DNA from: a virus
Lineage: Duplodnaviria > Caudoviricetes
DNA: 60,088 nt
Strand: one strand, 5' to 3'
IMG/VR virus record: IMGVR_UViG_3300005758_000016
Location: 1 to 60,088 of that record
The first letter of the stretch is position 1. The number at the start of each line of letters is the position of its first letter. A program made the position numbers and the translations under genes. Below the pieces are notes generated by a model. The model had not been told where the DNA came from, searched no databases, and saw only the letters and a program-made list of their open reading frames with translations. Of the stretch, positions 10,391 to 21,416 are shown piece after piece.

Positions 10391-13300
10391 TTATGTTATG
10401 GTTGTAACAACTATTGTGCCGAGTGCACTTACAGTTCCGTAGTTTTCATTATTGTCTACTGCGCGACATGCTACTCTATATGTTATACCTGATTCTGATA
10501 TTCTTGGAGGAGGTATATCTAATAGGTTGAATCTAGCGATGTTTGGCGCTCGCAGTACTTTAATATTATTTTCTTCATTGGGCTCTATATCCCAGAAATC
10601 TTCAATACCAGTATCTTTATATAGTCGGAATTCAAAACTCTTAAAATCTTTTGGATTTGAGAGATTAATAAACTCTTCGTCTAATATATACTCATTTGGT
10701 ATACTGGCCACGATATAAGTACCCTCTAAATCCATATTAAGCACTGGAGGCACATAGTAATTTGAAGTTTTGCCAGTATTAACAAAATAATAAACTTGCG
10801 ACCACGGACCACTAACACTACCAGTAGCATTAGTATATCTAGCACGTAGTTTATATGTAGTTAAGGAACGTAATCCACGTATATTTATACTACCTGTAAA
10901 CCGTTTGGCCTCGTATAGATTATCTAGATTTGAATTAGAAAAATCACCGTTGCCTAATACTACTTGAACTTGTATAATTTCTGCTTGCTGTGTTAGATCT
11001 GGAAAATCGGCGAAACTAACCACAGCATAGTTTTCATATATACCTGTGCTAATTTCTTCCGCAAATTCATTAGCACTAGCAACATCGGTTATTACTGGTG
11101 CTACTGTTATAGCATTTTTCAACACTTCCGGACTGCGTCCGGAGATGTTAGGGTCAAAAGAAGGTAGCTCAGCTTCACTGGTTAAATTTACGCTGTAAAT
11201 TTGTGGCGAATAATCCACTAACGTTAGTCGTGCGGTTACATTAGAGCTTGGTTCAATACCAATTACAATTAGTTCTTGTGATTCTTTAGATACTTCACCG
11301 ATCATAAATAGGTTATCGGTTTCTACACCACTACCGTCCAATGAAGTTGTAACCGTAACAGTATCGTACCAGCCAGACGTAGCTGGAGATAGTGTACGTA
11401 GCACACTAGCACCGGTATTAGTACGGATGCGAACTTGATACGTTGTCCCAGTTGTTAGATACACAGGCTCAGTTAAGTCCAGTGTAGTAGCACCAACAGA
11501 CTTTAGTCGGCCACTACCAGTTCCCCATAGTGGTACGTCATGATTAACGCGTACTAAGTCACCACGGTTACATACTAGGTACTCGAAGTCTACATTTAGT
11601 GTGTATACTTCAGGACGTAGCTTGAGTTGTGCTAGGTGCCAGCGTGCTAGCTTTTTAGCTTGTAGCGCATTAGTAACACCAGGTAAACTTAGTTCTTCAA
11701 ACACGGTAGCAGTAGACTGATTTTTACCGTAGTTATACACAATTGTTTCGTCCGCCTGATACGCACGATCACGGTTTGGGAAAGTAACGCGGAACGCGTC
11801 AGGTAAACGAGGTAACAGCTTAGTAGATTCAAATCCCCAACTATTGTGTGGAGTAAAATGCTGAGTTACTACAGTGCGAGGTCTATCAACAATCACTGTC
11901 CAACGTCCATCAACAAAAGCAGGACTTGCTAAAGCAGCTGCACAAATATCGCGTAATGTGTCCAGCACACTTTGTGTTTGCGTCACCACAGCATTATACT
12001 CGTATGAGTTTAGTCTGCAAAAGTCATGCCAGCTTTTAACAGCAGCTAGATCAACACGTTGTGAGACTTCAGCTACTGGTATAGGGTATGCGTTTGCTGG
12101 ATGTGTTAGTACGTGTAAGAATAAGCTTGCTGGATTTGAGCTAGCGCGGTAAACCCAACTATCAGTAGTGTGTTCGTAATCCCACACAATTGAGTGTACT
12201 AGTGCATTTACACCATCAATGCTACCGTTGGCTTTGTTAGTGCTTTGAATACGTATTGCTGTGCGTGCTAAATTACCTCGTGGTAGTTTGTTTAGTGGTC
12301 TTTGTATTAATTTGTCTCCAGTAACTGGATCTGTTTTAGGATCGCCGTTGGCATCTAATATATCTGGGTTACCGTACCCGGTTACACTTAATAAGCTAAC
12401 TGTGTGGTAGTTGCGTAGTGATTCTTCTGGTTCTGTTTCGTCGTCATTTGCGCGACGTACACGAACTTCATAACGACCTGGTTCCAAGTCTTTTGTTTTG
12501 TACACAAAGTTAAAGGCATCGCGACGCATGTAGTACAACCCAGGGCTACCAAACTGTATAATAGTATTTGGAGTAGCAAGATTATTTAACCCGCCATTTT
12601 CGGTATACGTAATTTTACAAGCAACACCAGCTGCACCTCCAAGAGTATTACGTGCAGTTACTTTTACTGGATAAGTACCACTTTCTAGGTATACCAAGTT
12701 GCTAACACTTTCTTTGTAGCCTGGTCGAGGCATTGCAACTGCTAAACGATTGTCTATGTAGATCGCACCTTCGTCATCTGCTGCTGCTTCAATGCGGTAA
12801 TATCCTGAATATTTAAAAGTTGCTGTATAGGTTTCAATAAACTCTGTGCTTGTACCTTTCCAAACAGCGTTGTTATTTAAAAATTGAGACCAAACCTTAT
12901 TTGTAGGAGTCGTTGTGCCAGGAATGCTACGTGCATTAAATACTATATCTTCTGCACCTGTAGCCGGCTGGTTTACTGAAAATTGTGATACGCTACCAGC
13001 ACTGATACGAACAATGGTACTAATGCTAGTAACATTACCTTCATAATCTGTTTGGGTATTATTCTGAGACGTTAGAACCAACCCACTACGGCCTACATAA
13101 TCTTGAACATGTGTAACGGTATTTACTATCTGCCCACCACCATTACATATAGTATACAGTTTTATAAATCCAGCTTGTGGTACTGTTGGTAACCTTGAGG
13201 CCGAATGCCCCTCACTAATTAAACTAGCGTATTGGCTAGTCTTAAGTTTGTTTATTAATTCTTGACTTGGCTCGCTGTCTTGTTGTTCAGTAGGAAATCC

Positions 13301-14992
13301 GTCAAACCGCTTTACTTCGCCACTAGAGTTAAGTGCGTATGTATACCACTGATACAATGTTACACCATAAGTGTAACTTCCGTCACCTGTATCTTCCGTT
13401 TTTTGATACGTAACTGGAGTTATTTCGTCAGTGTATGCACGACTAGTTCCTTGCAATCCTGGTGCCCTGTTTAAGGTATAAGACGCCAGAGGTGCCCAAG
13501 ACGGCCAAGTAGTATCACTATTCTGTTTTCGTATCTGAATTTCCACAGCTGCTGTTGCTGGGCGAATTTTACCAGCATCACCGCCACTAATTACTAGCTG
13601 GCGCATACCAACCGGAAACGTCAGTGCTACGTCAATGGCAGTGGTGTTGGTTTGCTGCAACACAACTTCTTGCCACGGATTACCGTCTTCGGTATTATTT
13701 ACGAGCTCAACACCTACCTGCTGCTGCTCTACGTCTCGCGGATACAGCCTGTTAAATGCATCTGTTTGTTCTTGTGGCTCGCTACCTGTTCCTGGTAGTG
13801 TAACTGGACGTGGTATTTCTTGTGCAAATTCCGGAGTTTGGTTAGCAGTATCTTTACGATTCCAGTCAATGGTTGGATCGCCTTGCTCGGCTTGTGTTAA
13901 TGGCAGATTGTAGTAGTTCGATAGTGGATTAATACCAACACAAATGTCCACAATCTCCAGTGGACCAAATCCCCAGATGATTAACAAGTTAAGTAAGCTG
14001 GTATCGGTTAAGGTATCCACATACGGAGTGGCTCCTAGTGTGCCGGTTACGCGTAGGCGTCCAAGCACCACCGGAATGGCACCAAAGCGGTTGGCCTGAT
14101 TACTAGCACCAGTAAACAGGTTAAGCCCACGAGCCTGTCCAGGGTCGTTTTGGCCTGGCATACGAATTGGTGCAATAGCATTAACCAGGGCCATGCCGGC
14201 CATGTTTATGGCGGCAGTTGTAGCAGCTAAAGTAGCTGTTTGTGCAAAAGTAGCTGTACCTGCTTTTACTGCAGCTGCTGCTTCCGGAGCTAGCATTGGT
14301 GCAAAATATGCAGCAGCTACTACAACAGCTAGTGTTAATAGCAGCCTTGTACCTCCACGTCCTTCTGCCACACTTTTATACGCCAGTTTTTGATCGGCCT
14401 TTAGTACTGTGGTGCTCCACTCGTCTCGTGGAATGGGCACACCATCAACTAACACAACCAGTTTACTAGCAAGGCGCTCACTTATCTGGTATTTGTTGTT
14501 AACGTAGTCGGCGAAATCTTGAACTGTGGTTCCGGCTGGCATCCAATCCAGTTCAACTTGTGTACGTAGTGGGTGCGGTAACCCGGTAGCAGGCACTGCT
14601 TGTGCTTGTGAACTATAGCGATAGAATCCGCCAAAACGACGCGACCACTGTGGCGAGTCTAGTGACTCAACCACACTATCACGACCTTCGCGTGCGTGCA
14701 GGAACCGGCGAGCACCAACGTACACACCAACGTGTGCTGGTTCGCCGTAGATGTTGAAAAGGCACACGTCACCAGGCTGTGCGTCGCTAGTCTCAGTCCA
14801 GCCACTTTTGTGCAGGTTGATAACCTCACTCAGTTGAGGGTCCCACGCACCGCTATACAGTTCACTGTAGTCTGGTAATTCAATGTCTAGCTGTTCAGCA
14901 TAAAAAAGACGTACTAATCCCCAGCAATCAACTCCACTACGAGTTCTACCGTTAGACTCATAAGGTAAGCCAATATAGTTATTGTAATCCAT
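10391..14992 (-). CDS. Tail tip/central hub protein: NlpC/P60 fused to lambda gpI/gpJ-like domains
   Basis: DCWGLV..HVG..FLH NlpC/P60 triad; IPVVLG, SSNPA and GDLVRV TipJ motifs; FN3-like C-terminal region. Confidence 0.8.
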   Translation of the reverse strand: MDYNNYIGLPYESNGRTRSGVDCWGLVRLFYAEQLDIELPDYSELYSGAWDPQLSEVINLHKSGWTETSDAQPGDVCLFNIYGEPAHVGVYVGARRFLHAREGRDSVVESLDSPQWSRRFGGFYRYSSQAQAVPATGLPHPLRTQVELDWMPAGTTVQDFADYVNNKYQISERLASKLVVLVDGVPIPRDEWSTTVLKADQKLAYKSVAEGRGGTRLLLTLAVVVAAAYFAPMLAPEAAAAVKAGTATFAQTATLAATTAAINMAGMALVNAIAPIRMPGQNDPGQARGLNLFTGASNQANRFGAIPVVLGRLRVTGTLGATPYVDTLTDTSLLNLLIIWGFGPLEIVDICVGINPLSNYYNLPLTQAEQGDPTIDWNRKDTANQTPEFAQEIPRPVTLPGTGSEPQEQTDAFNRLYPRDVEQQQVGVELVNNTEDGNPWQEVVLQQTNTTAIDVALTFPVGMRQLVISGGDAGKIRPATAAVEIQIRKQNSDTTWPSWAPLASYTLNRAPGLQGTSRAYTDEITPVTYQKTEDTGDGSYTYGVTLYQWYTYALNSSGEVKRFDGFPTEQQDSEPSQELINKLKTSQYASLISEGHSASRLPTVPQAGFIKLYTICNGGGQIVNTVTHVQDYVGRSGLVLTSQNNTQTDYEGNVTSISTIVRISAGSVSQFSVNQPATGAEDIVFNARSIPGTTTPTNKVWSQFLNNNAVWKGTSTEFIETYTATFKYSGYYRIEAAADDEGAIYIDNRLAVAMPRPGYKESVSNLVYLESGTYPVKVTARNTLGGAAGVACKITYTENGGLNNLATPNTIIQFGSPGLYYMRRDAFNFVYKTKDLEPGRYEVRVRRANDDETEPEESLRNYHTVSLLSVTGYGNPDILDANGDPKTDPVTGDKLIQRPLNKLPRGNLARTAIRIQSTNKANGSIDGVNALVHSIVWDYEHTTDSWVYRASSNPASLFLHVLTHPANAYPIPVAEVSQRVDLAAVKSWHDFCRLNSYEYNAVVTQTQSVLDTLRDICAAALASPAFVDGRWTVIVDRPRTVVTQHFTPHNSWGFESTKLLPRLPDAFRVTFPNRDRAYQADETIVYNYGKNQSTATVFEELSLPGVTNALQAKKLARWHLAQLKLRPEVYTLNVDFEYLVCNRGDLVRVNHDVPLWGTGSGRLKSVGATTLDLTEPVYLTTGTTYQVRIRTNTGASVLRTLSPATSGWYDTVTVTTSLDGSGVETDNLFMIGEVSKESQELIVIGIEPSSNVTARLTLVDYSPQIYSVNLTSEAELPSFDPNISGRSPEVLKNAITVAPVITDVASANEFAEEISTGIYENYAVVSFADFPDLTQQAEIIQVQVVLGNGDFSNSNLDNLYEAKRFTGSINIRGLRSLTTYKLRARYTNATGSVSGPWSQVYYFVNTGKTSNYYVPPVLNMDLEGTYIVASIPNEYILDEEFINLSNPKDFKSFEFRLYKDTGIEDFWDIEPNEENNIKVLRAPNIARFNLLDIPPPRISESGITYRVACRAVDNNENYGTVSALGTIVVTTIT

Positions 14993-15522
14993 TAGAATAG
15001 TCCCGGAAAGTACGTTGGTATAAAATTATAGCACGGAAAAGGCTCGCGTGCTAAATTTATCATAGTTAGGTCAAAACTAACTGTATCGCTATTGTAAGTA
15101 GCAGACGTAATATAAAAATCAGGAAAGCTTGCTTCCACCACGTCTGGCGAACCGCTTAATACTAGTTCAATTTTTACTCGTGTAGGTTTAGTTAGCTGCA
15201 CACGAACTAGTTCAATAGCTTCTCGTGTTACATACTGTAGTGTTACGCGACACTGACCTACGCCTGTATCTTGTTCTTCTGGCAGGTCAATTTGTAGTGG
15301 TAAAAACACATAATCACTGCCACGGCTAGGCACTCCGTACACTACTTCCTCGTCCGTGGTAAGCGCAGCCAATCTTTGAGTATAACTATCTGCTAGCTTA
15401 AAAATTGGCGTGTTTGGTGCATCTGGATCATATATTGTAAGCAACATTATAAGATTCTCGTCAGTTTCTGACGAGAACATAGCACGAATAGCCGAGGCAC
15501 TTAGTGTACTTAATCTGCTCAT
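14992..15522 (-). CDS. Minor tail protein (gpL/DUF1833-like)
   Basis: Position and motifs (YVFLPLQIDLP..EPFP..F.P..FPGLF). Confidence 0.7.
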   Translation of the reverse strand: MSRLSTLSASAIRAMFSSETDENLIMLLTIYDPDAPNTPIFKLADSYTQRLAALTTDEEVVYGVPSRGSDYVFLPLQIDLPEEQDTGVGQCRVTLQYVTREAIELVRVQLTKPTRVKIELVLSGSPDVVEASFPDFYITSATYNSDTVSFDLTMINLAREPFPCYNFIPTYFPGLF

Positions 15523-15887
15523 GGTAATACTTCTAGGTTAAGCTGTGTTGTCCAGTATCCTGGTGCAAGATACTGTAGCTGATACAAGTCCCCACTACCT
15601 TGTGGTACAATACGTACTTCTACTTGTTGGTTGGTACGTGGATGTGGGAATAGAAATCGTCGTGTACCACGCAGGTCGTTGGTAATAAAATTTTGTAATG
15701 TAGTTACCTGCTGAGTACTAAGTATAAAGCTAACACTTAGTGTGCTTGGTCGGTTACCACGATAGCGTTGTTTGGCTGGACCGCTATCCATGGGCGAACG
15801 TAGTATGTTCGCACCATGGTTTTCGGTATAGCCTTTTTGTACGCTTTGTGGAAACCCACCGGCTGTTGGCCAAGTGGGTATTGCCAT
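15519..15887 (-). CDS. Distal tail protein (gpM-like)
   Basis: LRSPMDSGPAKQR..F.FPHP motif; follows tape measure gene. Confidence 0.7.
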   Translation of the reverse strand: MAIPTWPTAGGFPQSVQKGYTENHGANILRSPMDSGPAKQRYRGNRPSTLSVSFILSTQQVTTLQNFITNDLRGTRRFLFPHPRTNQQVEVRIVPQGSGDLYQLQYLAPGYWTTQLNLEVLP

Positions 15888-15891
15888 AGTT

Positions 15892-18800
15892 TTATCTCCT
15901 TGCTAGTGCTGGGCGAGAGCCGAATGTGTTCATAAATGCTTGCTGAGTTTGGGAGCCTGTGCGAGATACCTCGCCAGCAACCATTTCACCAACTACTACC
16001 TCAATACGGCGGTTGCCACGGCTGTCGGTAGTTTCGCTAGTTGTAGCTTGTGCAGTGCTGTAGTTGTTTACCACGACTTCCACATTGCCACCACCGCCGG
16101 CGCGAACGCCCAAGTTTCCATTGGCATCACGCTTTAGCGGCATAATGGCTTCTGGGCCGGCTTCGCCCATTAGGCCTGTACCTTTAGCAAACTTAAACAG
16201 TGTTGGGCTGTCTACAATTTGATTGGTAAATGCACCGCCTTTGGCAAACTTACGTACTCCGTAGTCGTAGGCTCCTCCTTTAGCAGAGTATTCACTAATA
16301 CCGGAAAAATCATAGGCTGTACCAGTAGCTCCTGTAGGACCAAGACTAGCCATACCAGGAGCAGTGATATTGCCTAACAATTTGCCTAGCCAATTAGACG
16401 CGGTACCTGACCAACCCTTACCAAATAAACCTTCAAATACATTACTTAGCTGAGCTCGAAGCGCAATACGTAATAAATCTGAAATAATGGAGTTAGCTAG
16501 ATCCTTGAAACTAGATTTACCGGTTTTTGCAAATTCTACGAAAGCATCGGTCAACCCATCAATGCTGTTTTTGAACACATTAGAGTAGTCTTTAAGTAAT
16601 TTAGTTTGCTCACTATTACTAAAACGATCTAAGTCCAGTAGTCTTAGTTTAGCATTATAGTCATCTACAGCTTGTTGGGCACGTAAATCTGAATTTCTAA
16701 TAATACCGTCTTGTTCTGTTTGCAGACTATCTGTCATAATCTGGTTATTTGCAACAAAACGTTTAGTCCAGTCGCTTAGGGCGTTGGCTCTATCACGAGA
16801 AATATCCAACTGAGCCTGTTCTAATGCAATTTGTGCACGCTGCTGTTCAAGTACGATTCGCTGTGCTTGCGCATCCCGCTCAGTTACTTGACCTAGCTCT
16901 GTACGTAACTGTAAATCACGTTCTTGATACTCTAGCGCAGCTAATTGGGAGGCTGCCGCACCTTGTTGTTCAAGCTTTTGTGTTTCCTGCAGTATTCTTT
17001 GATCTTCCAGTAGCTTATTAAAACGACTTTGTATGTCTAGTCGTGACTGTGCAACTTGCCTATTTTCTTCCGCTACTTGCTTTAAATTAGACGCAACAAT
17101 GTACTCCTGTATAGCACGATCCAGGGCAGACTGTGCCAGAGGTATTTTTTCTTTGTCTTTTGCATTTTGAGCCGCAACTAATACAGATAAGGCTGCGGTA
17201 ATGTCTTTAGACTTTTCTAGACGAGTGTTATACAGGTCTAGTTCGGCTTGTTGACGTCTATAACCTTCTAGTACCTGTTGCTGGTCTTCTAAAGACATAC
17301 CCAAGAATTCTGCGCCAGACATATATCGCTTTTCTTGTTCTTGTAACAACTGTTTCTCGTTTGACACTTGTTTTTGAATGTCCGAAATTTTTAACTTTTG
17401 CAGTCTTGCTTGAGCTTCAGTCTCTTTAACGTATCGCTCCAACCCTATAGCACTTAGTTGCGCTTGTAGATTATTTTCTAAGCGAAGTCTCTGTGCGGCG
17501 GCGGCTCGCTCTTCTGGAGTATTGTCTTTAGTCATTAAAGATCTATGGTCTCGTATAGCTCTTTCTTCTAAGTCTAGAGCTGCTAGCCTGTTTTGTGACT
17601 CTTGGAATCCACGTACATCGCGAGGATCTGTTATATTTTTAGCCTTTTCTTCTTGACGTTCGCGAGATATTCTGTCTAGTGCAATTTGATCAGTTAATCT
17701 CCTGGTTTCGACTAGTTCTGATCGTTTTAGCTCTAGCATTTGAATATCTAAACGTAACTGCTCTTTAATAGTGGCTTCAGATTCGGGTAAAATACTAACA
17801 ATACTCTTAGATGCTTCTAATGAAGCTTTTGTTAGAATTCGTGAAGATTCTAACTGAATTAGCTTGAATCCCCTATCTATTGTCTTATTTAAGGCGTCAC
17901 CAAGATTTACTCGTATATACTCTATCTGCTTACGGATTGACGCTTCTTTCATGCGGTCATTCGCGTCAACTGCTGCTTCTAATTGAATATTTAATTCATT
18001 AACTTGTGTTGCCGCTGAAATCAATGCTTGTTGGGTTTTTAAGTCAAAAGCACTTATTTTACTAGTGTCCTCTAGTATAGTATTTAGTACGGCTGCCATG
18101 TCTTTGGCATTAGTAAATGCGCTAGCTATATTAGTAGTTTGAGCCACCAAGGATGCCCCAAAATCTCCAATTACAGATTTTTGCATTAAACTATTTTCAA
18201 GAGCTTGAAACTTATTCTGAATGTCAGCAAAACCTTCACCAACATTTGACAACCTTCTCACACTATTTTGACTAGCTTGATCTGTTGATTTGAACAAGTT
18301 TAGTATAGCGTTTTGAAAGCTTACTATTTCTGCCTCTGATTTAAATCCTAAATAGGTCGTTATAGATTCTGCATCTGTTCCGCCGCCGCCAACTAACCTC
18401 TTTATCTCACTAGCTAACGCTTTACGCTCGCCAGGATCTTTTATTAGCTTAAGCTGCTGAGTTATATTTTCGGCTAGACTTTTTGCTTGTTTGGACGCTC
18501 TGTCTGCCCCAAAAATACCTTTTGCGGCATTCACAATATTGTCAAAAGTACTAGCCGCACGGGAAGCTTCTTCGTAGCTGTCCACTAAACTTCGAAGATT
18601 TGTATTTAAATCCTGCGTGGCATTAGCTTGTGCAAGTATACTGTCTATTGTTACAGTATCTTTGTACTTTTTAAGAGTTTGTTCTGCAGCCTTAACACTA
18701 TCTTTATTGGCGTCAATGGCTGAATTAAACTTAGCCATTTCTTCCGCATTTTTTCCAAACAACATTTCTAATATGGGAAAGGCTATTAAAAAAGCTGTTA

Positions 18801-20463
18801 GCGGTCCAGATATTAAACTCATCATACCGCTAGCTAAAGTAGATATTCCTCGTGCTGCTATTAAGCTTCCTGCCTGTATATTAGTATACCATTTAGTAGT
18901 GGTACCTAACTTGTCTAGTCTTCCTTGTACGTCTTTTAGTCTTTGTACTGCCGGTCCAAACCCTTGAGTATCGTAAACTCTATTAACACTGCCAATTGTT
19001 CTTGTAGATATAGAACTACGTCTAGCCGCAGTAGCTTCTCTTTGTAGTTCCGCAGCTCGCGTAAATGTTCCTGGAGCAGCTTCAGCTAGTCGCTCTTGTT
19101 CTTGGCGTATTCTTATAAAGTTTTGTTCTTCTGTTTGATAATTCCGTATGCTTGTGGCTAAATGTCTATATGTAGCACTTACTTTTGTGTTCGCCTTACC
19201 AAGTCTGTCCAAATTAGCAAGCTCTTTTTCAGTCCAATCATTGGCCTGCTCTTTAGTACGTATTAGATTTTTTACTTCTTTATTAACATATCTATTAGCT
19301 AAAGCTGCTTCTTCTGCATCTTCCCATGCTTGTTGGGCAACAGTAGCCGGCTTTTCTGCCTGAGTAAGGAATGTGGTTTTATTTGCTTCACGAAACTTTT
19401 TAAGTGCTGCGTCCGCTTCTTTGGCCTTGTCGCGCGCTTTAACAGCAGCCATTTCAGTTGTTTCGTTTAATTTTTGACGATACTCTAATAGTGCAGGTAA
19501 GGCCTGATTTACAATTCGTACGCCTACTAAACCAATTGCTGCAGCCATCCCTGTAGGGCTTGTTCCTAATAGCTCTACTAGTGGCTTTACTGCCACATTA
19601 ACAATATTAAGTATCTCGAAACCAACGTCTTTTAATGTAGCTAGAAACTTATCATACGGATTAGTGTCTAGCTTAATTTCGCTAAATTTCTTTTCGCCTT
19701 CCTCAAGCACAGCATTAGCAAAAGCCTGACGTCGTTCAAAATCTGTTAAACTATTAGCTGTTTTACCTATGCTTTTTGCATAGTCTTCTGTAGCTTTTCC
19801 TACTTTTGTAAAAATACCAAGTTCGTCTAATAATTCTGGCTCTAGTTTTGTAATACCGCGAGTAAGACGACTTACAGCGTCACTCATACCAACACCCAAT
19901 GCCTGCGACGCTTGACGAGCAACATTACCAAGTCTAATAAACTGTTCGGAGCTTAATCCACTACTAGTAGCTTTTGCTGTGGCTTCAATAGCTTCACGAG
20001 TACTAATTGCGAATCCGGTGGCTTCCTGAAACTGCTTTGACAATCCTGCTAGGTTTTTACCTCCGGCTGCTCCGATTTGGTCCAAACCTCTAATCATATT
20101 GGAGGTATTTACTGCTTCACTTAGGGCAGTAAACGCTGCGGTTGCTGCAAACAAATTAGCAGCATATGTAGCATACAGACGCACTAATCCACCAAGACCC
20201 TGTGACTGATTAGCAAAGTCTCGACCGGCTGCCCCAGTTGCTCCCATACTGCCGCGAGCGCGGCTATAGTCTTCTGCTTCTGCTCCGGCACCAGCCTTTC
20301 GATAGCTGGCCGCTACAGCCTTACTGCCACTACGAGTACCTGTTGCAAGTTGCTGTGTTTTTTCAAGCTCAGCGTTAAGCTTTTGAGCTTGCTTTGTGTT
20401 CTTTTCGATTGTCTTGTTTTTGTCCTCTAGACGAAACTCGACTTCTGCAACTGTTTTTTGCAT
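15892..20463 (-). CDS. Tape measure protein
   Basis: 1523 aa, helical; KLEPELLDELGI (T5 pb2-like) and GEAGPEAIMPL motifs. Confidence 0.9.
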   Translation of the reverse strand: MQKTVAEVEFRLEDKNKTIEKNTKQAQKLNAELEKTQQLATGTRSGSKAVAASYRKAGAGAEAEDYSRARGSMGATGAAGRDFANQSQGLGGLVRLYATYAANLFAATAAFTALSEAVNTSNMIRGLDQIGAAGGKNLAGLSKQFQEATGFAISTREAIEATAKATSSGLSSEQFIRLGNVARQASQALGVGMSDAVSRLTRGITKLEPELLDELGIFTKVGKATEDYAKSIGKTANSLTDFERRQAFANAVLEEGEKKFSEIKLDTNPYDKFLATLKDVGFEILNIVNVAVKPLVELLGTSPTGMAAAIGLVGVRIVNQALPALLEYRQKLNETTEMAAVKARDKAKEADAALKKFREANKTTFLTQAEKPATVAQQAWEDAEEAALANRYVNKEVKNLIRTKEQANDWTEKELANLDRLGKANTKVSATYRHLATSIRNYQTEEQNFIRIRQEQERLAEAAPGTFTRAAELQREATAARRSSISTRTIGSVNRVYDTQGFGPAVQRLKDVQGRLDKLGTTTKWYTNIQAGSLIAARGISTLASGMMSLISGPLTAFLIAFPILEMLFGKNAEEMAKFNSAIDANKDSVKAAEQTLKKYKDTVTIDSILAQANATQDLNTNLRSLVDSYEEASRAASTFDNIVNAAKGIFGADRASKQAKSLAENITQQLKLIKDPGERKALASEIKRLVGGGGTDAESITTYLGFKSEAEIVSFQNAILNLFKSTDQASQNSVRRLSNVGEGFADIQNKFQALENSLMQKSVIGDFGASLVAQTTNIASAFTNAKDMAAVLNTILEDTSKISAFDLKTQQALISAATQVNELNIQLEAAVDANDRMKEASIRKQIEYIRVNLGDALNKTIDRGFKLIQLESSRILTKASLEASKSIVSILPESEATIKEQLRLDIQMLELKRSELVETRRLTDQIALDRISRERQEEKAKNITDPRDVRGFQESQNRLAALDLEERAIRDHRSLMTKDNTPEERAAAAQRLRLENNLQAQLSAIGLERYVKETEAQARLQKLKISDIQKQVSNEKQLLQEQEKRYMSGAEFLGMSLEDQQQVLEGYRRQQAELDLYNTRLEKSKDITAALSVLVAAQNAKDKEKIPLAQSALDRAIQEYIVASNLKQVAEENRQVAQSRLDIQSRFNKLLEDQRILQETQKLEQQGAAASQLAALEYQERDLQLRTELGQVTERDAQAQRIVLEQQRAQIALEQAQLDISRDRANALSDWTKRFVANNQIMTDSLQTEQDGIIRNSDLRAQQAVDDYNAKLRLLDLDRFSNSEQTKLLKDYSNVFKNSIDGLTDAFVEFAKTGKSSFKDLANSIISDLLRIALRAQLSNVFEGLFGKGWSGTASNWLGKLLGNITAPGMASLGPTGATGTAYDFSGISEYSAKGGAYDYGVRKFAKGGAFTNQIVDSPTLFKFAKGTGLMGEAGPEAIMPLKRDANGNLGVRAGGGGNVEVVVNNYSTAQATTSETTDSRGNRRIEVVVGEMVAGEVSRTGSQTQQAFMNTFGSRPALARR

Positions 20464-20520
20464 AATCTCTCCTGTGTAGGATTATACTTGCTGAATTTAG
20501 CAATAGTATTTTATTGCACC

Positions 20521-20549
20521 ATTATAACATAAGTGGATGATGCTGTCAA
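20521..20549 (-). promoter_or_regulatory. Sigma70 promoter upstream of tape measure gene
   Basis: TTGACA-17 nt-TATAAT. Confidence 0.75.
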
Positions 20550-20568
20550 ACCAAAAAATTTTAAACGT

Positions 20569-20602
20569 AAAAAAACCCGCTGCTTTTACACAGCGGGTTT
20601 TT
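20569..20602 (-). terminator. Intrinsic terminator
   Basis: AAAAACCCGCTG/CAGCGGGTTTTT hairpin with U-tract. Confidence 0.75.
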
Positions 20603-20975
20603 CACGTAGCTTCTTGTTGATTTCTTCACTGCGAACATCATCAATCATTCGCACTAACATAATTGTTAACTTATATTCGCTAGGATCTATTTCTGCAGCT
20701 TCTAACAAGTCCTTTATACCTATAAGACTTTTACCTAAATAATTACCGTTCATAGTATCCCACTCGTCTCGTAACATTCGGTATACTACAAAGGCTTGTT
20801 GTACTTCTAGAGGAAAGTCTTCAAAATCAACAGGTATTTCACTATCTATAGGCTCAGTACCCATCATTTCACACATTTCGTAATATGTGTCTTTGGTAAC
20901 GCCTACATGCTGATTTTGTATATAATTAACAAGCTGTAAATTTACTTGCTGGAGCTGCTTGTCGAAAAGTTTCCC
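20586..20975 (-). CDS. Tail assembly chaperone frameshift extension (gpT-like)
   Basis: -1 frame is open from slippery G GGA AAC (20969-20975) into the 96-aa ORF. Confidence 0.75.
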   Translation of the reverse strand, partial: GKLFDKQLQQVNLQLVNYIQNQHVGVTKDTYYEMCEMMGTEPIDSEIPVDFEDFPLEVQQAFVVYRMLRDEWDTMNGNYLGKSLIGIKDLLEAAEIDPSEYKLTIMLVRMIDDVRSEEINKKLREKPAV

Positions 20976-21361
20976 AGGTCACTTACCTGGTCACTAATAA
21001 AGCTGTCAAAATCTCCGCTATTTTTCATTAAATAAAGCGCATTTTCTGCAGTGTATTTAAGCTCAGCTTCCATATCTTGGCCGCTTAGGTCTACTGGGGC
21101 TAATTGTTCTAGATACTTTAATTTTAGTCCAGACCAACCCTTGACCGCATTTTCTACGTATAGTTGTAAAAATAGCTCGTCATTGAATTCTTCTACAGGC
21201 TGTCGATTTTTAAAGCTAGTTTTAGTAGATTTTTTGCGAATATTTAACAAGGTTTCGCGTGATAAAAAGGCAACTTGAACCACAAACCCAGGCAGTCCCG
21301 GATACTCAACTTCTACACTTTTAGAAGGCACTAAGAGACTTTTTAAAGAAATATCTGTCAT
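20942..21361 (-). CDS. Tail assembly chaperone (gpG-like)
   Basis: Between tail tube and tape measure genes; VKGWSGL motif; slippery site near its end. Confidence 0.8.
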   Translation of the reverse strand: MTDISLKSLLVPSKSVEVEYPGLPGFVVQVAFLSRETLLNIRKKSTKTSFKNRQPVEEFNDELFLQLYVENAVKGWSGLKLKYLEQLAPVDLSGQDMEAELKYTAENALYLMKNSGDFDSFISDQVSDLGNFSTSSSSK

Positions 21362-21416
21362 TTTTATAGATAAATAAGAGGCCCAAGTTAAGGGCCTCGT
21401 TAAGAAAAAACAATAA

